Assembly (NCBI GenBank): GCA_964016885.1
Contig: OZ024761.1
Span: 24,366,001 to 24,430,000 of the forward strand
Reading direction: 5' to 3'
Source: Eledone cirrhosa
Taxonomy: Eukaryota
DNA length: 64,000 bases
This document shows positions 40,801-59,753 of this stretch, one piece after another; within the stretch, counting starts at the first letter, position 1, and every line of letters begins with the position of its first letter. The notes under the pieces are model-generated. The model worked only from the letters and a program-made list of their open reading frames with translations. It did not search any database and had not been told where the DNA came from. Made by a program: the position numbers and the translations under genes.

Positions 40801-41651
40801 ATATATATTATACAAGCATATAAACACACACACACATATATATATATACACACACACACATATATAGTGAGAGAGAGAGAGAAATGTATGTGTGCTCTGT
40901 CACGTGGTCCAACTAACTAGCTGGTGCTCAGCTAAGTAAGAAGCTAAAACTGGCAGAACTTGCGGTCGAATCGCCACCTAGTATGACAGGCGTTGTAGTA
41001 ACATTACATTCCCCTTTCCACTTCTATATCTTCTGTGGAGGAGAGGGAAGGGAGAAGAGAGAGAGAGAGAGAGTAATCGTGTCATAGAAAAATCACCCTC
41101 CCCTTCCCCGTTGTATTTCTATAGAGAGAGAAAGGAAGATAGAGAGAGAGAAGTGGTTGGCGTTACAGAAATATTACCTTCCCCTCTCCACTTACTTTGG
41201 TAAGTCCAAGAGAACCACTGTTGCTATAGAAACATTACCACGTGACACCAGAGACCAGTTTCTGGCGGTTTCCTTCTCTCAACTGTCACCTCTTAGAGAC
41301 TTTCATATTTGCCAGTATATATAATATATTCTATATAATATACATACCATATATTACAATATAATAGAATATTTACTGTTTATTATACATTATATATAAT
41401 GTATATTGTGTATATAATATTTATTATACTATACAATATATATTTAAATAATATATATAATATATATAATATATATTATATTATAAATATAATGTTTCAG
41501 GCAGGACCGGCTGGAAGGCAAGTTTGACGAGTTAACCACCACGTGACCCTGCTTGGAATATGTTGGCAAACTAGAAGAGAATATATATAGTATATATTTT
41601 AGGGACAAGACAGGCAGACAGGCAAACACACCGTACAAGACTTCACAACCT

Positions 41652-42122
41652 ACCACACCACGCCACGCCACGCCACGCCACGCCACGCCACGCCACGCCA
41701 CGCCACGCCACGCCACGCCACGCCACGCCACGCCACGCCACGCCACGCCACGCCACGCCACAACCTACTACACTATACTACACTACACTACACCACGCCA
41801 TACTACAACCTACTACACTACACTACACTACACTACACCACGCCATACTACAACCTACTACACTACACTACACTAGACTGCAGTACACCACACAACACCA
41901 CACTACACTACACCACACTAGACTGCAGAACACTACACTACACTACGCTACGCCACGCCACGCCACGCCACGCTACGCCACACCACGGCGCACCTCACCA
42001 CGGCGCACCTCATCACGGCACACTACGCCACACCACACAACGCCACACCACACAACGCCACACCACACAACGCCACACCACACCACACAACACTATACCA
42101 CCCCACCCCACGCCACGCCACA
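41652..42122. repeat. (ACGCC)n, (ACACT)n and (ACACC)n pentanucleotide repeats
   Basis: Directly visible. Confidence 0.93.
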
Positions 42123-42124
42123 TC

Positions 42125-42527
42125 ACCCTGTGATGGACTGGCGTCCTGTCCAGAGGGAAGTCTTGTACTCTGTCATTTCACGCCATGACACCAGGATAAG
42201 ATTCTGGCTTAATACAGACTTTAACCCTGTGAAGGACTAGCGTCCTGTCCAGGGGGAAGTCTTGTACTCTCAGTCATTTCACGCCAAGAAACGGGGATAA
42301 GATTCTGGGTTAAGACAGACTTTAACCCTGTGATGGACTGGCGTCCTGTCCAGGGGGAAGTCTTGTACTCTCAGTGACTTCACGCCAAGAAACGGGGATA
42401 ACCTTCTGGCTTAAGACAGACTTTAACCCTGTGATGGACTGGCGTCCTGTCCAGGGGGGAAGTCTTGTACTCTCAGTCACTTCACGCCAAGAAACGGGGA
42501 TAACCTTCTGGCTTAAGACAGACTTTA
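42125..42527 (+). repeat. Tandem array of 4 units of about 100 bp, each a SINE 3' half
   Basis: accctgtgatggactggcgtcctgtccagggg...cagacttta four times; matches 43420-43533. Confidence 0.92.
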
Positions 42528-43281
42528 ACACATCTTAATAATTTCTTTGGCATTTCAAGAGGCACAAAAAAAAATAATTTTGGTGGCCACCACGGGTTAA
42601 TAATTAATACGGTTGTCTTATATTTTCTAGGCAACAACTAACTAACTAATTCCGAAAAGTAATTAAAGACTAAATAAATAAATAAATTTAAACATCACAA
42701 AAGGTTTCTGAAAATTGACACCAAGTGGCGCTGCTGTCAACCTAAAATTTATTTCGTTTGTTTATGAATTTTAGAATATAGTTTGCTGCTGCTATTGCTG
42801 CTTGGTGGTGTTGGTAGATGGTGTTGGTGGTTGTTGGTGGTAGATGGTGTTGGTGGTAGATGGTGTTGGTGTTGGTGGTAGATGGTGTTGGTATTGTTGT
42901 TGTTACTGTTGGTACAGTTTGTTGTTGTTATAGCTGTTGATGTTGGTATTGTTGTTGTTGCTGGCTTTGCTGTGTTTGGTTTTGTTTATATTATTAGTTG
43001 ATGTTGTTGTTATTATTGTAGTATGTTTTGTTTGTTTGTTTTCGAAGCTTTTAGTTAATTGAAGCTTCTTTTCGAATGACAGCTGGGGAAATAGCAACAA
43101 CAAAAATAACAACACAACCAACACAACCAACAACGATATCAATAACAACAACAACAACAACAACAAAATGTCACGGAAACAAAAGAAGCAGGAGAGAAAT
43201 AACAACAACAAAAGATGACAACAAAATATGACAACAAAATAATGATGATGATGATGATGATTATGTTTACTATATAAATAG

Positions 43282-43533
43282 ACGTGTGGTGTTGGACTTA
43301 CGATCATAAAGTTGTGGGTTCAATTCCTGGGCTGTGTTGTGTCCTTGAGCAAGACACTTCACTTCCCGTTGCTCCAGTATACTCAGCTGAAAATGAGTAC
43401 CAGCAATAGCTGGGAGTTTAACGCTGCGATGGACTGACGCCCTCTCCAGGGGAAGTCTTGTACTCTGTCAATTCACGCCATGAAACCGGGATAAATAACG
43501 GCCTAACGAGGCTTCTAGCTTAAGGCAGACTTT
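43282..43533 (+). mobile_element. Second tRNA-derived SINE family with CORE-like and V-like segments
   Basis: B-box gggttcaattcc, gtgtccttgagcaagacactt, ctgcgatggactg; degenerate heads also at about 38845-38950 and 55230-55330. Confidence 0.8.
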
Positions 43534-43554
43534 GGATGTCTAGATATATGCATG

Positions 43555-43905
43555 ATATATGTATGTGTATATCTAGATATATGTATGTGTATATATATGT
43601 ATATATGTATATATGTTTACAAATGTCTATATATGTATGTGTATATGTATGTATATATGTTTACAAATGTCTATATATGTATGTGTGTATATATGTATAT
43701 ATGTTTACAAATGTCTATATATGTATGTGTGTATATATGTATATATGTTTACAAATGTCTATATATGTATGTGTATATATATGTATATATGTTTACGAAT
43801 GTCTATATATGTATGTGTATATGTATGTATATATAGACATTCGTAAACATATATAGACATTTGTAAACATATATACATGCATATATGTTTACAAATGTCT
43901 ATATA
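43555..43905. repeat. Minisatellite of about 40 bp (atgtttacaaatgtctatat) with inverted units
   Basis: Five forward units, two reversed units, one forward unit. Confidence 0.85.
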
Positions 43906-44084
43906 GTATGTGTATGTATGAATATATAACCAATTTGCATTAAGCGTACAATACATGGAAGAAAAAAATAGGAATATGGACAGAGAGAGAGAGAGAGTGA
44001 GAGAAGCTTTGAGAAGGTCTCTCTCTCTCTCTCTCTCTCTCGATAAAACGAAGGAATTGTGGTAAGGAATCAGGTGGACCATAA

Positions 44085-44247
44085 CACACCAAAGTACTCA
44101 ATACTTAGGGTAGTAGAGTGGGTAATAGGAACGAGTAGGACCCCGACGGCTGAGCTCAAGCCGTTTTAACCGTTAACTCTGGACTAAATTTAGTCCAGAA
44201 TTAGCCGTCGAAACGGCTTGAGCTCAGCCGTCGGGGTCCTACTCGTT

Positions 44248-44252
<5 letters not shown>
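44085..44252. mobile_element. Repeat family D: 128 bp palindrome (44125-44252) with a hammerhead 3' half
   Basis: Centre ggactaaa|tttagtcc; GAAA-cggct(tgagctc)agccg-TC at 44210-44232. Confidence 0.8.
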
Positions 44253-44284
<32 letters not shown>

Positions 44285-44817
44285 GTTACTTAATAATGAA
44301 TATGTAAATGTATATATATGTATGTATGTATGTATGTATATGTATGTATGTATGTATATATATGTATGTATGTATGTATATATATGTATGTATGTATGTA
44401 TGTATATATATGTATGTATGTATGTATATGTATGTATATATATGTATGTATATGTATGTATGTATGTATGTATGTATATGTATGTATATGTATGAATGTA
44501 TATATATGTATATGTATGAATGTATATATATGTATATATGTATGAATGTATATATATGTATATATATATGAATGTATATATATGTATATATATGAATGTA
44601 TATATATGTATATATATGAATGTATATGAATGTATATATATATGTATATATATGAATGTATATATATGTATATATATGTATATATATGTATATATATGTA
44701 TGAATGTATGTATATGTATGAATATGAATGTATATATATGTATATATATGAATGTATATATATGTATGAATATGCATGCATATATGTTTGTAAAAGCACA
44801 TACATGTATGTATATGT

Positions 44818-44874
<57 letters not shown>

Positions 44875-45225
44875 TGTACACGGGAATGTGTGAATGTATG
44901 TGTGTTTGTATGTTTGTATTTTCATTATTACTGTAGCTAATCTGCCTCTGATTCATATCCTGAACATATGATATAAAAGCCATTTTAATGGCAACCTATA
45001 AAACCGACTTCTCTACAAGCGTTCTTCAGCCTTCAATACGCTCAGAAATTATTTGCCGCTCTTAACTAATATTATCTTATTTAGGCTCGATTAAGGAACA
45101 TAAAAATGTCAAATCTTGTCATCCACTGTGTGTAATCGGAATATCGATTCATATTTTACGCCAACCGCTTAAAAGTACGGCACTAGAGTTAGTGATAGAT
45201 AGATAGATAGATAGATATAGATAGG

Positions 45226-45256
<31 letters not shown>

Positions 45257-45338
45257 ATATATATATGTATATGTGTATGTATATATATATATGTATATAT
45301 ATATATATGTATGTATATATATATATATGTATGTATGT

Positions 45339-45369
<31 letters not shown>

Positions 45370-45400
45370 TGTATATATATATATATATATAACTTTCTTT

Positions 45401-45469
<69 letters not shown>

Positions 45470-45473
<4 letters not shown>

Positions 45474-45718
45474 TTCTTTATTACCCACAAGGGCGCTCAA
45501 GAAAAGGGGACAATACAAAGACACACGCTGGAGATTTTACATATAGTCGTGTAACAATATTGAAACAAACAATTATAACAATCGAAATCCACAAATGGGT
45601 TGTTTAATACCCCGTCGATAGAACAACCCTCAACTTCAGGACCATATCGATTGGGAAATAGATGAGTAAATAAATGATAGACTGATAGATGAATAGATAG
45701 ATAGACTGATAGATGATG

Positions 45719-45759
<41 letters not shown>

Positions 45760-46122
45760 TATTTCTTTATTAGCCACAGGGGCACAAAAGAAGGGGACAA
45801 ATACAAAGGGGGAAGTTTACATACAATAAAAACGTGTAAAATGTTATCACAGATGGAATTTAAAAAGTTAGTCGATTTTCCCCAATAGAGGGAGACAGTT
45901 TATATGGGTAACACATACCCCCGAAAAAAATGTGCAACCCTCATCTCCAGGAGTACGAAGAGCTTGTACTCCTTTCCTCTCCTCCTCCTTTTCCTCAATC
46001 TACAGGCTGATATAGAGAGAAGGCCCATTCACTCGGGCCATTCTCGCCACTTTCACCCACCTTTCATAAAACTTGCTGGGGTACAGCACCTCTCTCTCCA
46101 TCCTGATTCTCTGTATCTCTTA
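45470..46122 (-). mobile_element. Two Tx1/L1-like LINE 3' ends
   Basis: RIRMEREVLYPSKFYERWVKVARMARVNG at about 46025-46110; both end in taataaagaaat next to microsatellites. Confidence 0.7.
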
Positions 46123-46334
46123 CGTATATATATATATATGGCTTCTACATGGCTAAAGTCTGTTAAGAATATTTATTCAGCGGTTTCACAGTTCTTATAA
46201 TTGAGATAGAGGGTTTTGTGTTCCTGTTGCGGTGTGTTTCACGCACGCACGCACGCAGCACGCACGCACGCACGCACGCACGCGCGCGGGGGGGAGGGGA
46301 GGTTATAGTTCACTTGAAGCATTGTGTAATGAGG

Positions 46335-50975
<4,641 letters not shown>

Positions 50976-50989
50976 AGAGTGAGAGAGAA

Positions 50990-51160
50990 AGTGGTAGACA
51001 ATCCAGTTCAGTATTGATCCGACACTTTATTTTATCGATCTCTGAAATGATAAAAGGTAAAGTTAACCTCGGCGGGATTTGAACTTCGAAAGTAACAGAG
51101 TAGCAACGTATATATTACTACCGCCGGCTACCACGACCGACGCTCTACCGACTCGGCTTA
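50990..51160 (-). mobile_element. Diverged tRNA-derived SINE
   Basis: aaagttaacctcggcgggatttgaac. Confidence 0.75.
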
Positions 51161-51329
51161 TCCTTTCCTATAAGAATGATCCTCCGTTCAAAGAACAAAT
51201 GGAATGTTCAAGTTAAATCAATGTTCTCTTTCTTTATGTTAAGTCGGTTTGTTTTAAGAGGTCAATTGACCGTAGATGGTGTCCTTCCATCGATCTAACA
51301 GGATCGATGGACATAGGTTTATGGTGACC

Positions 51330-52660
51330 CACTCGCACACGCACACACACGCACACACATGCACACACGCACACACACGCACGCACACACACACGCGCAC
51401 ACTCACTCACTCGCTCACTCGCTCACCGATTCACTCGCTCACCGATTCACTCGCTCACCGATTCACTCGCTCGCTCGCTCGCTCGCTCACTCACTCACTC
51501 ACTCACTCACTCACTCACTCACTCACTCACTCACTCACTCACTCACTCACTCACTCACTCACTCACTCACTCACTCACTCACATATATATACACATACAA
51601 ACACTTGTACACACACACATATATATATATATATGTATATATAATATGATAAAGAACACAAGAGCGTCTATATATATATATATATATATATACGTCTATA
51701 TATATATACATAAACACATATTGATACGGACACATACAAATACAGGTACGCATGCACACATAGACACACACCCACATATATATATATATATATAGGTACA
51801 CACACGTACACAGACGCATATGCATACAAACACATATAGACACCCACCCATCCACACGGCCGGCACCCCCACTACAACAACCACTCCCTCCCACCAACAC
51901 CACCACTCCCGCCCACCAACACCACCACTCCCGCCCACCAACACCACCACTCCCGCCCACCAACACCACCACTCCCGCCCACCAACACCACCACTCCCGC
52001 CCACCAACACCACCACTCACTCCATGCCAACTTTCTCCATGTTGGTCAGTTTAACATAAAACAACACCACACACCAACCCCACCACCACCACTACCACAT
52101 CACCACCACCACATCACCACCACCACATCACCACCACCACCACATCACCACCACCACATCACCACCACCACATCACCACCACCACATCACCACCACCTTC
52201 ACATCCACATCACCACCACCACCACATCACCATCACGACGACCACCACATCACCATCACGACGACCACCACATCACCACCACCACCACATCCACATCACC
52301 ACCACCACCGCATCACCACCACCACATCCACATCACCACCACCACCACATCCACATCACCACCACCACCACCACCACCACCATCACCACCACCATACCAC
52401 CATACCACCACACCACCACCACTGTCACCACCACCACCACCACCACTGTCACTACCACCACCACCACCACTACCGCCACCACCACCTCCTCCACCATCAT
52501 CACTACCAACTCCACCACTACTATAACCATCACTACCCCCCACCCCCCACACCGCCACCACCACCACACCACACCACACCACCACCACCACACCACCACA
52601 CCACAGCACCACACCACAGCACCACCACCACACCACCACCACCACCACCACCACCACCAC
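51330..52660. repeat. (CACT)n, a 22 bp ccaccaacaccaccactcccgc minisatellite and (CCA)n
   Basis: Directly visible. Confidence 0.88.
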
Positions 52661-52887
52661 TCTCCATGTTCTCCAGTTTAACATAAAACACCACTTAACA
52701 ACTTAGATCAGAACGCTGGTATTTAACTGTTCAGTTATTGATTGATAGTATTTCTGATTGATTAGCTGTTGTTGTCATCGACTGGTGTGCTGAACAGTAC
52801 TAGCTTTACACACACATACACACACACATACACACATATACACACATACACACATACACATACACATACACACATACACATACACAT

Positions 52888-52928
<41 letters not shown>

Positions 52929-53439
52929 TACACACATACATACATGACATACAGGACATACACATATCTACATCCATGCACACACATACAGGACATACAG
53001 ACATAGACATACACAGACATACACAGACATACAGACATACACAGACATACACAGACATACACATACATACACACAGACATGCATATTCATACATAGTCAT
53101 ACACATACATAGTCATACACATACATAGTCATACACAGACATAGTCATACACAGACATACAGTCATACAGACATACACAGACATACATATACATACATAT
53201 ACACAGACATGCACATAGTCATACACATACATACATATACATACAGTCATACAGTCATACACATAGTCATACACAGACATACATATACATAGTCATACAC
53301 ATACATACATATACATACACATAGTCATACAGTCATACACATAGTCATACACAGACATACATACACAGAGTCGTACACATACATACAGACATACACATAC
53401 ATAATAGACATACATACACACATACATACATACACATAA

Positions 53440-53567
53440 ATGGAACTCCGTCGGTTACGACGACGAGTATTCCTGCTGACACTGTTGATCAATGGAACAG
53501 CCTGCTCGTTAAATTAACGTGCAAGTGGCTGAGCAGTCCAGACATACGTGCCCTTAACGTAGTTCTC

Positions 53568-53568
<1 letters not shown>
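53440..53568. mobile_element. Interspersed repeat fragment
   Basis: ggaactccgtcggttacgacgacgag...aaattaacgtgcaagtggctgagca, which I recall as an abundant octopus repeat; not verified. Confidence 0.55.
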
Positions 53569-53602
<34 letters not shown>

Positions 53603-53702
53603 CATACACACACATATACAAAGTTCCAAGACTGACCAAGATACTCTCATGGAATGACCAAATGAGGCTTATTTTTAAGCATAGTCTCTAGAAAGAAATA
53701 AT

Positions 53703-53889
53703 TGTTTCTACGTTAGGTACAAGGCCAGCAATTACCCCAGTACATTACTGGTACTTTATTTCATGGACCCCATAAGGATGAAAGGCAAAGTTAACCTCGG
53801 CGGGATTTGAACTCAGAATGGCAAGGGCCGTAACTCTATGCGCCAAAGCATGGCGTCCGACACTCTACCAATACTGCCAATCCACCGCC
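53703..53889 (-). mobile_element. Full-length tRNA-derived SINE with target-site duplication
   Basis: Flanked by tagaaagaaataat at 53689-53702 and 53890-53903. Confidence 0.92.
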
Positions 53890-54016
53890 TAGAAAGAAAT
53901 AATGCAGTAGAAATAGTAAGAAGAGTTGAAATTAAAGCATGCAAGATTTCACAGCTCTAGCAACACTCCTTCATAGCTAGCCTATGAACATTTCAGCGCA
54001 TATACATACATACATA

Positions 54017-54098
54017 CAGGGTGTGTTCTCCCAAAACTGTGTACACACTTTTATTACAATGCTGATGAAGTGTGTATACATTTTTGGGGGACACCCTG
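54017..54098. mobile_element. Tc1/mariner-type MITE
   Basis: TA-CAGGGTG...cccaaaa / ttttggg...CACCCTG-TA; half copy at about 25105-25143. Confidence 0.75.
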
Positions 54099-54595
54099 TA
54101 TATATACAATATATATACACATTTTATAGGCTGACCAAGATACTCTCATGGAATGACCAAATGAGGTTTATTTTTAAGCATCGTCCCTGGAGTATATATA
54201 TAAAGAGTGCACTTATTAATCAGAAGAGTTTAAATTGAAGCAAGATTTCCCAGCCCTAGCATCACTCCTTCATAGCTAGCCTACGAACTATTCAGCCGAC
54301 CCTCGTGTATGTCAGAAACACAGAAGAGTTTACTATAGAATGTAACGTCTTCTGTATTCAGTTTGACGGTAAATAAACATTTATCGATCTCTCAATGTGT
54401 CATGCTGGTTGATAGGAACTGTTCTATCACGGAGAGTATGTGTGTATGTATGTGTGTGTGTATGTGTGTGTGTGTGTGTATGTGTGTGTGTACGTATGTA
54501 TGTATATATTTATGTTGGTATGTATGTATGTTTGTATGTATGTATTTATATATTTGTATATAAATCCATTTATATATAATAATAACATGTATGTA

Positions 54596-54635
<40 letters not shown>

Positions 54636-54801
54636 TGCATATATGTGATTATTATACATAAATGTATATATATATATACAAATATATAAACACACACACA
54701 CACACACATATATATACATGACTACATCCATGTGTATATGGATATATAAATACGGACATACATACATACATACATACATAATTGCCGACATACATGTGAG
54801 T

Positions 54802-54843
<42 letters not shown>

Positions 54844-55086
54844 ACATGTATGTATAAAATATATATAATCCAGATGAGAAGTTACTTTAAATATATCCTT
54901 CAGGCACATATTTCTGAAATCATCAAAAGTTATGTTTAAAATTTTTCTAGAAATTTCGGAAAAAATAAAGAAGCAAAACCGAAATCAATACAGCTGCCAG
55001 GAGATCTTATCGAAAACACATCACCACCACCAATACAGCATCACCACGATTGCTATCATCACCACCACCACCACTACTACACACAC

Positions 55087-55123
<37 letters not shown>

Positions 55124-55539
55124 TACACACAGATACACACAGACACACACGAAAAGTAGACCTATATATTTATATCTATATCTCTCTCCCTCTCTCTGTG
55201 TATATACACATATATGCTGTCCGTATTTGAAGCCCGTGGTTTAGTGGTTATTGTGTTTAGCTCCCAACCGAAAGGTCATGAGTTCCTTTTCTGACGGCGT
55301 ATTGAGTCCTTCAGCAAAACGTTATTTCACACACACACGTGTATTTGTGTTGAGCGTATGTTAGCTTCTAATTAAAACTGTTAATACGCAGGTTTGAATA
55401 TAAAATAGCCGAACAGGTTACTATTTTATTCATTTACCTGTTCCATTACCTGAGGCCATGCTGGGGTACTGTCCCTGTTGCTACACGTTCTATATTCAGC
55501 CTGCGTTGGTTGACCATTGGTGTAAGAGGGAGTTCGTTG

Positions 55540-56300
55540 CTGTTGCCCTTAGGTTACCGCTTTCCGTGCTCTTGGTTAATATGGGATCCAGAATAGCAGG
55601 GTGTCGAGATGTTTCTTGAAAACATCCACCTCCACACCATGTAGATCTCTCAAATTTCTTGGCAGCTTGTTGAAGAGTTAAGGGCGTTGAACCCCAGGCT
55701 ATTGCAATATCTGCTCCTTATTCTAGATGTGGAAGACGGGACCTTTGGCACTCACAATTACGTCCTGTTCGGGAGTTGGTCCAGCTCTCGATGTTAAAGT
55801 TTGGCGCTACTCCCACCTTGCAGATTTCTCAAATTTCTTGACAGCTTATTAAAGGTTGTTCTCATAAACCCATAGAGTCGGAAAAACAATAGACTGACGA
55901 CTTCTTGTTGTCAAACATCATTAGTATAGCCATCTTGATAATCATCAATAGCTATTGCTATATTGTATGAGGTAAGGGCAGTGGGTTGGCGAGTGTAGAT
56001 GCCATCAAGGTGCTTTTGTTGTTTGGATAAAAGAATCCATGTTTGCACTTCCATATATTAAGATTGGTTGAATTGTTACTTGGAAGAGTCTGATTTTGGT
56101 GTGGTTGGAAAGATTTGAGCGCTGAGTATGCTTCGGCCTTTCTGGTGGTGAAATCCTTCTCAGAATCCATGATCCAGGACCCAAGATACTTGAAATCCTC
56201 GACTTGCTTGATATCACTGCCGATGATTGCTTTGATGTTGTTGCCTGTACAGTTTGATATGTACTTTGTTTTACTCTTATTGAGATGAAGTCCATAAACC
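55540..56300 (-). pseudogene. Decayed RTE-like LINE fragment
   Basis: LHLNKSKTKYI...QVEDFKYLGSWI.DSEKDF..RKAEA...KIRLF...ILIYGS. Confidence 0.82.
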
Positions 56301-56554
56301 TAGAGAGACGGAACAATGTATACACACAACTTGTCCAAAGTCATAACCTTCGTTAGTATGACTGTCTTAACCATCAACGGCTATCACTATAAAACAAGAT
56401 GTAAAACGCCATAAAAACCAACATACCATAAGAATCATCGCCGCCATCATCAGTTATCTTAAAAACCACAATCCTTTAATGGCGTCATCGTAACCACCAA
56501 CAACAGCTGCATCGACAACCACTAATATGAATGGCTGTCAAAATAATGACAGCA

Positions 56555-57035
56555 CAAACAACAACAACAGCAACAGCAATAACAGCGACAACAACAACGA
56601 CGACAATAACAACAACAACAACAACAGTTACAACATCGGCAACAAAAACATCGACAATAACAAGTGACAACATCGACGGCAACAAAAATATCAACAACAA
56701 CAACAGTGACAATAACAGCGACAACGACAACGACAATGACAACGACAACAACAACAATAACAACAATAACGACGATGGCAACAACGACAACGCCTACGAC
56801 AACAGTGACGACAAAAACAATACCAGCAACAACAACAAAGACGACAAAAACAATACCAACAACAGCAACGACAACGCCTACGACAACAACAGCAACAACA
56901 AAGACGACAAAAACAATACCAACAACAACAGCAACAACAACGACGACAACAACAAAAGCAACAATGACGACAGTAAGAGAAGCAACAACAACAACAACAA
57001 AAACAACAATAACGACGACGACGACAGCAACAACA
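56555..57035. repeat. (CAA/CGA)n repeat
   Basis: Directly visible. Confidence 0.92.
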
Positions 57036-57377
57036 GAAAGGGATAAGAGCAATACAAAGTAAAATTAAAATGGAATAACAACAACAACAACAAGAGCAAT
57101 AAGATCATCTTTTTTATTTCTACAAAATAATGCCTTTACAAAATTGGATTAAATGAAAAACGCCATCTTGAAATAGAATCACCATTGTCTGTCGTGGTGT
57201 TTCTCACGTTTTTGTAAACAGGTTAACACTTTATAATCATGGCGACGAGGATGGTTAAAACATGGTGGACGGATATAGTTGGTTATATAACACGTTTTTA
57301 AAAATATACTATTAAAGCTGCCGTCATTCTCAATTGAGTGGGATGTGGTAGCTTGTACCATACATCCATATATAAAT

Positions 57378-57597
57378 ACTAATGAGGAATCTGCAGTTAC
57401 TCCACCCTGACTAAAAGTTCAGATTTATACCTGTGATTATTGGGGCACTGGGGTATGTTAATAACTGCCTCACTACAAATCTTGAGAAGCTGGACTTCAC
57501 AGAAACAGAAAGAACACAACTAGTTAGGAAATTACAAGTCCAATCCATTAATGGAACAGTAAAAATATGTAAAACATTCGAAACATTTTGCATCTAA
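57378..57597 (+). pseudogene. C-terminus of a restriction-like-endonuclease LINE (R4/Dong-like)
   Basis: LMRNLQLLHPD*KFRFIPVIIGALGYVNNCLTTNLEKL...LQVQSINGTVKICKTF. Confidence 0.7.
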
Positions 57598-57835
57598 TAA
57601 CTGCATATACACTTATACAGATACAAAACATATACACATAGACACATATCACTGAAAACTCCACATCCACCTATTCAATAATATCCATACCTGCACACAC
57701 ATACGTGCATACATGCATACATATCTACCAAGTTGATGTTGTTTAGATTCCAATGAGAGTCTTGTATCTGTTAGAAACCGACTCTCTCTCTATTGGTAAA
57801 GATTTATAAAATTATAAAACCAGCACATAGTTACA

Positions 57836-58440
57836 TGGTGGCTGCCAACTCGTTTTCGAGTACGGCCACTACCGATGCGCTGAACGAGTGTGACTTTTAA
57901 GTCCAGCCAGCGACTTGAAAACTCTGGTACAAACACTACACTTGTGACAATTATTGACCCATAGTGCTGGGCCCATGGTACCATGTGACGCCAAGTGCTG
58001 AGAGATCTCCAGATATAAAGCAATACCTGCGCCGTGAAGCTTTTATAGTGAGCAAAGGCACTGCACAAAGCCAGTCCCATTCTCTTAACCAAGATGATAT
58101 TTACCAAATAGACATACATACATACATATATGATGGCTGCACCCTCGTTATCGAGTACGACTATTTCACGATATAACATTATTAATAATTATTAATTAAT
58201 TCTATCGTGCAATGCCTGTGCATGAAGATTTTTTTTTTTTAAAGTCAGGAAAGACTGTGCACTGAACCAATCCCACTCTCTGAGCGACAGTAGCTAAAAC
58301 CCGAAAAGAAGAAAAGATCAACATTATCGGTAACTAGTGAGCCGCAGGTTTTATATCGGAGTTATCCCAGTTTCCTGAGTTGCCTTCTCCTAGAAGAATG
58401 CTCTGACAAAGGCTAGGGGTCCTTCACTCCCAGTGGTTTA
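57836..58440 (-). mobile_element. Second copy of the bipartite RTE-type element plus a diverged 5'UTR piece
   Basis: 57836-58108 aligns with 15866-16195; 58210-58435 resembles 16107-16310. Confidence 0.7.
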
Positions 58441-58750
58441 ACCACGCGATTGGGTATCCAACCCGATTATTTCTATACATACATAAAATATGAAAAAACA
58501 ATTAAGTAACAAAAAGAAGAAATTAAGATATATGTTAGGATGTAGAATGATATTGAATGAAAATCGAACCCGGTTTGTAGGTTTGTAGGCTGGGATGTTT
58601 GTAGGTTCGTCGAGGAGGGTATATATAGTGTAGGATTGGAGGTTTGTAGATATAGTGAGCGCGGGTGAATACATGTGTGACGGGGCCAGAAAGAATGTGG
58701 TTAAATAAATAATTATTCACACATACACGCATGTAATGTGTATTTATGTA

Positions 58751-58792
<42 letters not shown>

Positions 58793-58934
58793 GAGAGAGA
58801 GAGCGAGAGAGAGAGAGCGAGAGAGAGAGAGAGCTTAATGTATTGTAACCTTATGTTACTTTTGGTTCACCAACTCTTGAGCATTCGATACACACCCACA
58901 CCCATATATATATATGTATATGTTTGTATGTATG

Positions 58935-58996
<62 letters not shown>

Positions 58997-59073
58997 GGCA
59001 TGTGTGTATGTGTTTGTAAGTGTGTATACACACCCAGATATTTTAATGTTCTCCTAGGTCCACCAGTATATGT

Positions 59074-59125
<52 letters not shown>

Positions 59126-59292
59126 TTAAAGTCCTTTCTCTAGTACAAGACAATAATACCTTATGTTGCCAAAATTTGGAAATAAATGAGTTTCCGAAAC
59201 ATGTTTGCCTATTTCGCCACTGCTTCGCCATTATAAATAACATCTTTCCCAAAACCCCTTTCCCAACCAAATTTAAGGAGTTATTATTATCA

Positions 59293-59325
<33 letters not shown>

Positions 59326-59480
59326 GTAATCTCCTTAAAACTTACACCATTGTTTGTGCCAAAATAAAAAAAAACGAACAAACTAAAAGAACGAAAACAA
59401 AAAAAAAACATGGCCGATGTATCGCAGTTCTCAAAGAAATTTCGTAAATTTACTTCACTGTACGGATGAACGGTAACCAA

Positions 59481-59517
<37 letters not shown>

Positions 59518-59619
59518 GTAATGTAATGTATATATGTATAACTCTCTCTACATATATATATATATTTGTGTGTATATATATTTATTTATATATATATATT
59601 TATTTATATATATATATAT

Positions 59620-59753
59620 AATTGTTTCTACTTCTGGCATAAGGCCATCAATTATCCCAGTGCATTACTGGTACTTTATTTTCTCCACCCCGTAAGGATG
59701 AAAGGCAAAGTTAACCTCGGTGAGATTTGAACGCAGACCATAAAGAGCCGTAA
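59620..59753 (-). mobile_element. tRNA-derived SINE
   Basis: Family body and tail present. Confidence 0.88.

Noticed and set aside
41500-41550. Possible terminal exon tttcag|[15 protein letters not shown]
   Set aside because: Too short to distinguish from chance, with no supporting upstream exons.
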